This document shows positions 47,170 to 55,487 of a stretch of DNA of 55,487 nt, piece by piece; positions within the stretch are counted from its first letter, which is position 1, and each line of letters begins with the position of its first letter. The notes beneath the pieces are model-generated. The model made no database searches. It was not told the DNA's origin and saw nothing but the letters and a program-made list of their open reading frames with translations. The translations under genes and the position numbers were made by a program. The stretch is from Macrostomum lignano (taxonomy: Eukaryota), in NCBI GenBank assembly GCA_002269645.1, contig NIVC01002862.1, positions 1-55,487 on the forward strand, in the 5' to 3' direction.

Positions 47170-48523
47170 CCACCGCTGAGCCACCAAATTTGTAATAGGG
47201 GGCTTGCCTCCGTCTCTTAATGTTAATCACACTGGTGCCACCAAGCTGTGCTAGGGCCTTACTTCTCTCTTTTGAACTCTAAAAGCTGCCACCAAAGGTT
47301 TGTCGTATGGGTGATCTAAATCCCACTGTAAACCACTAAGTTGTCCTAGGGTTACTTCTGTCTTAGTGTAAGTCTTGGGTAGCGTTCTGATAGCGTTCTG
47401 GTAGCGTTCTTAGTATACTTTTAGTATAGCATTTTGCAGCCCATTTGGGCCTACGTGCATTAAATTTAATCCAAGATAGGTTTGCCACCGTAACGGAGCT
47501 TTTGTCTATGGTAGCAAGGCTGGCACAGAGGCATTTAATTTGGTCCAACAAGCATCAACTTGGTCCATAGCTTCATTTGCAACTGCTGCGGAGGAGCAAG
47601 ATCAGCCCCAGTATTGTGGACCATTTGCTAGGCTGTCGAACCATTGGCTTGTGTCAAAGCTCTCGACAGAGGTGAACACCCAAAGGACATTGCAAGATTG
47701 CTGAATGTAAAGGAAAAGATTGTTTACAGCATCCAGCATCCAGCATTACAGCGCGTTGAAACCACTGCCGGCAGAGATTGTCTGCGAAAGGGTGGCAATT
47801 GCGGGATCGCCAAGGCTCGAAACTTCGACGAAAGCCTCCAGTCCAACTGCTACTCGATGCAGTTAAGACGAACCCTTTGTTGACGATGCAGAAAAGCAGC
47901 AGAGTTGGTCAAGGAACAGCTCCAGTTGGTTATCAGATTTCGGCTATCGGCAGAGCTCTGGGAAAGCGACTGAAAATTGCTGGTAGATCCGCTGACATTC
48001 CAGCGGTGCGCAACAACCCACAGACGGTTGCGAGGGGGCAGGAGTTTTCCAAATGGCTCACGAGCGTTTAGACCAAATTGATGCTTGTTGGACTAAATTA
48101 AATGCAGCTGTGCCAGCCTTTCTACCATAGACAAAGGCTCCATTACATTAGTAAACCTATCTTGGATTAAATTCAATGCGCATAGGCCCAAATGGGCTGC
48201 AAAAAGCTATAGTGTTTTCGGCATAGATCTGGTAGCGTCTCTGTATAAGTCTAGTAGCGTCTATGTACTTCTGGCCTGAGTGGGCTTACTGCAGCTGGTA
48301 TATGTACTATTTTCCAGTCTGGGCTTTACCGAGATAGAGGGTCACGGCGTTTGCTTTTAGCATGTACTTCTAATGCATGTACTCCCTTTGCATATACTCC
48401 TGATTTCTTTAGGGAGTTTCTCCGAATACTTCTTAGCACTTATTACTGCAAAATGATTGATACTTTATGAATCTGAGAACGATTCTTAGTGAACGCATTT
48501 TTAAGCTTATAGCTAGCGAAAGA
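47170..48523 (-). mobile_element. 'Family X' copy hosting the Tc1-like and Gypsy insertions (probably resumes at 52984 to ~53100)
   Basis: CACCAAG-type ~50-bp subrepeats at 47170-47360, GGTAGCGT repeats on both sides of the Tc1-like element, and CAGTCTGGGC..AGAGGGTCAC at 48315-48345 matching 23012-23044. Confidence 0.55.
47425..48211 (+). mobile_element. Tc1/IS630-like DNA transposon deletion derivative with ~142-bp TIRs and a decayed N-terminal transposase
   Basis: 47425-47567 aligns with the reverse complement of 48069-48211 (16 differences). The HTH-like VKALDRGEHPKDIARLLNVKEKIVYSI and DAVKTNPLLT...IGRALGKRLK...RNNPQTVARGQEF lie in two frames. No DDE region. Confidence 0.8.
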
Positions 48524-48748
48524 TGTAGCGAGCAACTCTAGCTGGTTGTTGCGAGTGTTAGTTAGCCACTCAAAAAGGTGAAGAAATAGAATGTGCCTGT
48601 GCCTGTATTTTTATTGTCTGGTAGAACACGGAGTTCCGGTTCACTGAGTGCGCGTTGGGATGTGTTCGAGCAGAGGGAAGTGGATAGGCTGGGTGGGGGT
48701 CACGGAGTGCAAACTAGGTACCCGAACTGCCTGCCTGCGCATGCTACA
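48524..48748 (-). repeat. 3' LTR (225 bp)
   Basis: TGTAGC...GCTACA termini; five substitutions relative to the 5' LTR. Confidence 0.97.
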
Positions 48749-48757
48749 TCCCTCGTC
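48749..48757 (-). promoter_or_regulatory. Polypurine tract
   Basis: GACGAGGGA on the minus strand immediately before the 3' LTR. Confidence 0.6.
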
Positions 48758-48939
48758 TGGTGGATTGGAACCCGGGGTGGGGTTGGGTACAACGTTGGGT
48801 CATGTTACGCGCGATCGAGCAATCAGTATCAGTCATTAGAGTCAATGATCAGTCCTTGCTGCTGTTCCGCCAGCTGTCAGATGTCCAGAGCCTTTCGCCG
48901 GTCGCCCTCTTCGTAGCGTTTCGGCGTCTCCTTGGCCTG

Positions 48940-51900
48940 TCAGAGGTGCGGCCTGTTGGCGAGAGGGACGTCCTGGTTGCCGGTTGGCTCGGGCGGGCCG
49001 GTTGGTTCATCCGGCCGGCTGTCCTGTCCGCTGTCGCATTCTCCGGGGTCACCCGGCCACTCGTCGGCTGCCTGGGAGACTCGCTTGACGTGGCTGGCGT
49101 GCCTGGAGCACCTCTGGCCGGCCCGTTGGAGCTGCAGGGTGTTGCCGCGGACTTCTGTCACGGTCCATGGCGAGGCCTCGAAGAAGGGGTCGGTCTTGCT
49201 GCGGTTGGTGAGCCGGCGGAGTACGAGGTCGCCTACGGTGATCTGGTGGTCGGTGGCGCCCCTCTTGCTGTCGGCGAAGGCCTTCATCCGCTCCTTCGCC
49301 CTGGAGTCGTGGCCGCGGACGGTCTGTCGCCTGGCGTCAACCGGCCGGGAGTGGCGCAAGCTGGGGATCGTGTCGTTGAGCTGTCGGCCGAATAGCAGGT
49401 CGGCTGGGGCCATGCCGGTTGCTGCGTGCGGTGTTCGCCGGTATGCAGCCAGGTAGTCATCCAGTGCCGCCTGCCAGTTGCTGCCTTCCAGAATCGCCGC
49501 TCTGATTGCCTTATTGAGGCCTCGGTTGCATCGCTCTACGAGTCCGTTCGCTTGGGGATGCAGCGGCGTAGTCCGATGGTGGTGGACGCCCTGGCTGCGC
49601 AGGAAGGCGTTGAATTCTGCGGACGAGAATGGCGGGCCGTCGTCGGTGGTGATCTTGACTGGCTGGCCGAACGTGCTGAACCACTGGCGGAGGGTTCGGA
49701 TGACCGGAGCTGCCGCTGTCGACCCCGACATCGTCTGTACCAGTGGGAAACGTGAAAAATAGTCGGTGCACACCAGCAGCATGTGGCCTCTGATCTGTCC
49801 CAGGAAGTCCAGGCCCAGCTCTAGCCACGGCCCCTGCGGCAGCTCAGTCGGCTGAAGTGGGGCTGCCTTCAATTCGGCTGTGTTCGTGCAGGCCTTGCAG
49901 AGTTTACGAAGTTCTCGACGGAGGCCCGTATTGAGGGCCACCAGACCTTTGTCTGGAGGCGTGCCAATGTTTTCTGGACACCCAGGTGGCCTTGGTGCGC
50001 CAGCTGCAGGCAGCGGTAGCGCAGAATGGCAGGAACGACGATTTGGTGCCCTTTGAGCAGGAGTCCGTCGTGTTGTGAGAGCTCGTGCCGCATGCCGTGC
50101 AGGCTGTGCGCGTCGTCGCTATCGAGTTGCCACCGATGGAACCGGAGCCCGGATACGGCGGCTTGGATCGCCTTGTCGCCTACTGCGGCAACCTTGATCG
50201 TTTCGAGGCTGATGCTGTTCGGTGCTGCTGCCTGTGCTGTCATTGCGATGTAGGCCGTGTCGAGATCCTCACCCTGGTTGTTCGGCGGTGTTGGACGTGG
50301 CTGGCGGCTCAGGACATCTGCCGGGTTGTCTGCGCCCGGCTGGTAGGTGACTTCGAAGTGGAGATCCTGCAGCCGAAGTGCCATGCGCTCGATCCGTGGC
50401 GGGGGCCGCGAGCCGGGGCTGAGCAGGCTGACCAGCGGCTTGTGGTCGGTGATGACCTTGAACTTTGGGCAGCCGCTAAGGTAGTGGTGGAACTTGAGGC
50501 ACCCGAATTTGACGGCAGCGCCTCCCTCTCTGTTTGCGAGTAGCGCTGCTCGCTGTCACTGAGGCTGCGGCTGGCGTAGGCGATTGGCCTGGTGAGGCCG
50601 CCAGGTTGCACCTGGGCGAGGATCGCCCCGAGGCCGGTCGGGCTGGCGTCGACGATCAGCCTGGTCTCGCAGTTCTTGTTGAAGAAGGCAAGCGTGGTGC
50701 TGTGAGCGATCGACTGCTTGATTGTCTGAAAGGCTGAGGCTTGCTGTGGGCCCCACGACCATTTCACGTTCTTCTTGGTCAGCTCTCGAAGTGGCCTCGC
50801 TTTGTCGGCGAGGTTTGGGATGAAGCGGGCTACGAATGTGACGAGTCCGAGAAAGGACCGCACCTCCGTTGCATTTTCTGGTCGCTTGAAGTTGGCCACA
50901 GCTTCCAGCTTTTCCTCGGTCGGTTGGATTCCGGCCGCCGAGAGGCGCATGGCCAGGAAGTCGGCCTGCTGGGTTGCAATGCGGCATTTGCGGGGGTTCA
51001 GAGTCACGTTGTGTTGACGCAGCCTGTCAAGGCAGTTGCGCAGCCTCTCGTTGTGTTCCTTTATGGTGCTGGCGAAGATAATGATATCGTCATGGACCCA
51101 CCGCACGCCTCTCAAACCGCTCAGGATAGATGTCATGACGCGCTGTAGGATTTCAGATGCTGAGGTAAATCCCATGCAAAGGCGCTTGAGGCGGAGCAGG
51201 CCCAGAGGCGTTGAGAAAGTGAGCAGCTGCCGGGACTCCTCGCTGACCTCGATCTGGTGGAAGGCCTTGGCAACGTCTAGTTCGGAGAAATAGGTGGAGC
51301 CGGCCATCTCGTCGGTGACTTCTTCGAATGTCGGTATTGGCTGCTTTTCTGGAATGACGTACTTATTGACGTCCCTCAGGTCCTGCGTGATGCGGATTTC
51401 GCCTGGCGAGGCCTTTGGAACGACCACCATGCGTGAACTCCAAGCGCTGGGCCCCGTCACTCGCTCCAGGATGCCGGCTGCTAGCTGGCCCTTCAGCTCC
51501 TTTTCCACGGCGGTTCGAAGATGCACCGGAACTCGAGACGGAGGGTGGCAGACTGGCAGCGCTTCTTCCTTCAGCTGGATGCTGACTGAGACGCCCTTGA
51601 TGCAGCCGATTCCTTGAAAGCTGTCGCTGAACTCCTTCATGATCGATGACAGTCGCAAGTCTTGCGGAAGGTGCAGGTCGTTAACCGTTGGTGTCAGTCC
51701 GGCGGTGAGAGCTGTCTCGGCCTGCGGTCCGACCCTCAGCATCCCCATCTGCGTGCTTGTCTCGCGCCTAGGATGGTGATGCAGTCCTCTCTGATGACGA
51801 TGAAGCGCACTCTCTCCGAGTTGCCGTTGATCTTCGTCTGCAGAGTGATCTGGCCAGCGGGTGTCAGGGGCCTCAATGCTCCGAGAGGATAGACCCTCGT

Positions 51901-52730
51901 GTGCGTGGGCTGAAGCGCCCGCTCGAGTGCTCCCGTTAGATGAATGGTCCGCTGGCTGAGCACGTTGCAGCTCGCACCGCTGTCGATCAGGACGGGTACG
52001 TTCGCGCCGTTGATGACCGCTTTGAAGGTGGCGCTTTTGCGGCTGGGGTCGAGGCTGGAGAATACCGCCTCCGCCAGGTGCGCCACTGCTGGTTCCTCTG
52101 GCTCAGGCTCTGCCATGTTAATGCGTGCGCGGCCGCTTAGGCAGGCCTTCGCCAGGTGGTGCAGCTTGCCGCAGTTACTGCAGCGCTTGCCTTGGGCCCG
52201 GTTGCAAGTGCGGTGGCCGGGCTCTCCGCACCGCAGGCATTTGTCGGCCGGGCTGGCTGGCGGGCGCCTGGTGGGGCGCTTGTCGCGTGCCGCATGCACT
52301 TCTTCAGCTGGTCCGGCTGCCGAGCGCTCCATGATTGCCGCTTGCTGGCTGGCTGCTTCGTTTGTTCTCGCCAGCTGGAGGGCATCGGGAGGCTGATGTT
52401 GGGCACGTTGAGAGCAGCCGCTTTCGGAGGGATTCATTGCGGCAGCAGGCGGCACTGGCGGAATTGGTACCGGGTGAATACCACATCAAGCGTTTGCTGC
52501 TCCGGCTGGTCAGTGGCGGGACGCGTCTGTGAGATCTCTTTAAAGATGTCTGCAACCTCTTTTCCCGCGGTATACAGGAGGATTTCCTGCTTCTGGGCGT
52601 CGTCCGAAATTCCTGATGCTGCCAAGAATCGCTTTAGTGTGGTGGCCCACTCTGTCCAGCGCTTGCTGACGGTGTGGGGGTCCGCGCTAATGCTGAATGC
52701 GGATGGCGGCTGTAGCTGTAGTAGCGCCAT
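48940..52730 (-). pseudogene. gag-pol polyprotein, frameshifted: Gag, two CCHC knuckles, protease (LIDSGA), RT (LDVAKAFHQ, VHDD), RNase H (VDAS, YSQTEREAL), integrase (HQGH...C..C, DF/TDD/E)
   Basis: ORF pieces 52434-52730, 51736-52455, 50309-51748, 49869-50384 and 48940-49941. Confidence 0.92.
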
Positions 52731-52741
52731 TGGGTTCTGGC

Positions 52742-52752
52742 TTGTGACGCCA
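52742..52752 (-). promoter_or_regulatory. Primer-binding site TGGCGTCACAA
   Basis: Begins 1 nt inside the 5' LTR boundary. From memory it is complementary to a tRNA-Ser(CGA)-type 3' end; not verified. Confidence 0.65.
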
Positions 52753-52753
52753 A

Positions 52754-52978
52754 TGTAGCGAGCAACTCTAGCTGGTTGTTGCGAGTGTTAGTTAGCCACT
52801 CAAAAAGGTGAAGAAATAGAATGTGGCTGTGCCTGTATTTTTATTGTCTGGTAGAACACAGATTTCCGGTTCACTGAGTGCGCGTTGGGATGTGCTCGAG
52901 CAGAGGGAAGTGGATAGGCTGGGTGGGGGTCAGGGAGTGCAAACTAGGTACCCGAACTGCCTGCCTGCGCATGCTACA
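52754..52978 (-). repeat. 5' LTR (225 bp)
   Basis: Near-identical to 48524-48748. Confidence 0.97.
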
Positions 52979-54336
52979 AAAGAGTTGGTCTCTTCTCCTC
53001 AAACTCCGCTTCTACTATACTAGATTGGACTATACTAGAGATACTAGATTGATCGTGTATATTTAAAACCAACATCGAATTTTAAGAATATTTTGCAATA
53101 TTTTACGCGTAAATTTAAAACTAGCCTTTCTAAGAATATAACCACTTGTACTTATGTATTCTCTCTATATAAATATTGGAATATTATCTGTACGTAGCAG
53201 CATTCTCATTCTAGAAATTTTCGCGATAAACAAATTTTAAATATACAAGCCTTTTCTTACTCGTAATTCCAGAACATTCTTTCTTCTGAAATAATATTTT
53301 TTTGATGGCAAAGCTATAAATATACATGTAGAAAATATAATAGATCCATTGTGCCACTATTATTTAACACCGCTACACAGACATAGCAACCTCGAAAACG
53401 AAGCGAAAATTTATTCAGATTTTAAAAAGTCATTAGAATTATAAAAAGCATAGCAGAGTCAGAAAATTTTTACATTCCAACACTGATTTAAAAGTCTACT
53501 GCCGAAGCTACAAGCTATTACAGCGGTAGGCAATACCCACGGGCAACCAGTAAGACTTCTTCAACTAGGCCTATGTAACACCTTGAATGTACTTTTTAAT
53601 TGAGAAATCAAATAATCTATTGATTAATGCTGAAAATTTGTTGCATTCTTTGTTTTGTGTTGTTAACAATTACTTATGAATAATCGCGACAAAAATTTTG
53701 AAATCCAGCTTTCCATAAAATAAACTATGCATAAATCGATACACGCTATACACGAATGCAATCGATAATCAAGTATACAGCATCATTTATTGCACCGAAC
53801 TTACCGAAGTAATGGAACCATACCAGTAAAGCAATACCAGTAAAGTTTTTTAAAATAGCTACTTGCCTAAATACTTAATTGCCTATAAAAATATTTACAC
53901 TCAGTGACTCAAATATGCATATTTTGAATCAGTGAATGAGTCCGACCGCCGACCCTACTTGACTAAAGCCTGTACACTAGACTGGATTATATACTAATAT
54001 CGGATACTAAACATATAAATTTAAAACCATATTTAGTAATGCTATACAGTTTATATTATTTGTACTATTTAGTATTTGTTTTATTTGTACTTGTATCATT
54101 TTTTCCACTCTTCCAGCAAACAAGTATTCTGCAAATGTAAGCTGAAGCACTGTATACTTTCGGTTAATGATCATTTGTAATAGTAGCATTAAAATGATCG
54201 TCTTCCAAAATTGAAGTGGGTAGCATGGTGCACCTTTTGCTTTGTAACCCCTCTCTTTAAATTCTCTTTGCACTATGTATAAGAGTGGAAGTGGGGGCCT
54301 CTATGGAAGTAGAGGCCTCTTGAGTGAGACGCTAGA

Positions 54337-54560
54337 GACAAGAAGTGCTGTAGTTTTGGAATGCAATCATTTTAAGACAGTTTTTATATTTAAATGATCA
54401 TCTTACAATCTTGAATTAGTATATAAATAAGGTGCTCATTTATAAAAAAAAGATGGATGGTTCCATGACTGCTTATAAGCTACATTGACAAGAAGTGCTA
54501 TAGTTTCAAAACACAATAATTTTAAGGCATTTTTCATATTTAAATGATTGTCATCCAAAA
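54337..54560. repeat. Old diverged direct repeat, ~151-bp period
   Basis: GACAAGAAGTGCT[G/A]TAGTTT...TATTTAAATGAT at ~54337 and ~54488. Confidence 0.6.
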
Positions 54561-55487
54561 ATAGATATAATACATAAGGGGCTAATTAATATAAAATAGA
54601 ATCATTTGTTCCATGAAAGTTAGAATCTTCTATTTCTAGAAACAGTTTGTTATAATGTTCTAAGAACTTCCAAGTTTTATTTATTTAAAACAATTTTTAA
54701 GGTGATTGTCACTTCACTCTGTGATTATCATCCAAAATATTGCCAAACTTTTAAATACTTTTATCTATTCAAGGTGGCTATTTTGATATATGACCATTCT
54801 GATTTGATTTATAACCATTTACCATTTTGATGTGGCCATTTTGTGTGTAGCCATTTTGATATATATTCTTCTTTGAAACTCAAATGTGGATACAAAATTA
54901 GTATTAGAAAATCTAAATATACTAAATCTCTAATATTTGTTTGTTTGTATGTTCATTTGTATACTAAAAATGGTCTGTCAATAAGTAAGCATGTATGTGA
55001 TCAATCTAGAAAAATTTCATTATAATTCTATATTTTTTAATATATACATACTACATGATCTGAGATATTATAAATGTGATGTTGCACAAGTTACTTTTGT
55101 TTAAAACAATAATATAATATCAACATTGTTAGTCTAGGCAAACTAAGTCAAGTCATGTTTGCAATCAAAGTAGAAAAGATACATGAACAGAACTATACCA
55201 AAGTGATAAATGTATTTATTTAACTGCATGACATGAAACCACAAACAACAATAGACAAACACTATCTAATTGGCAGGGGTTAAAACCATGTACACTGGCA
55301 AGCACCAATGTATAAATGGATAGAGATAAAGCAATAGCACACAAGATTGATTAGTCATGGGAGAGAGAGTGAAAGGGATAGCAAATAACATGAAATCCAA
55401 AGTTCAATCCCCACAAATATCATGTTCTAAAACAATTTAATTAAAAATGTGCCATTTGCTAGATTGTTTAGTTAGAGGCAAGGGGCT

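Larger units (their letters stand above)
48524..52978 (-). mobile_element. Full-length Ty3/Gypsy (Mag-like) LTR retrotransposon, 4455 bp
   Basis: Paired 225-bp TG...CA LTRs, AAAGA 5-bp TSD (48519-48523 and 52979-52983), domain order gag-PR-RT-RH-IN. Confidence 0.97.

Noticed and set aside
49426-52758. Many + strand ORFs over the retrotransposon
   Set aside because: Antisense shadows of the GC-rich gag-pol.

Overview
Animal (eukaryotic) genomic DNA. GC-rich exons with short GT-AG introns sit in AT-rich, very repeat-dense intergenic DNA. The repeat load and a match to a flatworm spliced-leader 5' hairpin suggest a free-living flatworm such as Macrostomum (inference). Genes: a long acidic/coiled-coil ORF broken by a -1 frameshift (1265-3489, +); a prohormone-like neuropeptide precursor (6804-7181, -); a three-exon PUF60/half-pint-like gene that appears to lack its C-terminal UHM (17473-19709, -); a multi-exon TTLL10-like tubulin glycylase (28052 to ~30150, possibly 32070, -); a single-pass Cys-rich membrane protein missing its first exon (33237-34383, -); and a secreted 309-aa protein (45639-46568, -). 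Mobile and repeat content: five minisatellite families (20, 21, 24, 28-36 and 73 bp units); a compound (GAT)n(GATA)n microsatellite; several TIR elements/MITEs; a 10-kb block of non-autonomous Helitron-like elements carrying 23-bp and 18-bp satellites, including a 2945-bp duplication; a Tc1/IS630-like deletion derivative; and a full-length Ty3/Gypsy LTR element (48524-52978, 225-bp LTRs, AAAGA TSD). The last two are nested in an unclassified repeat family. No rRNA, intact tRNA or CRISPR array was seen. All alignments and counts were made by eye; family assignments come from remembered motifs, not database searches.
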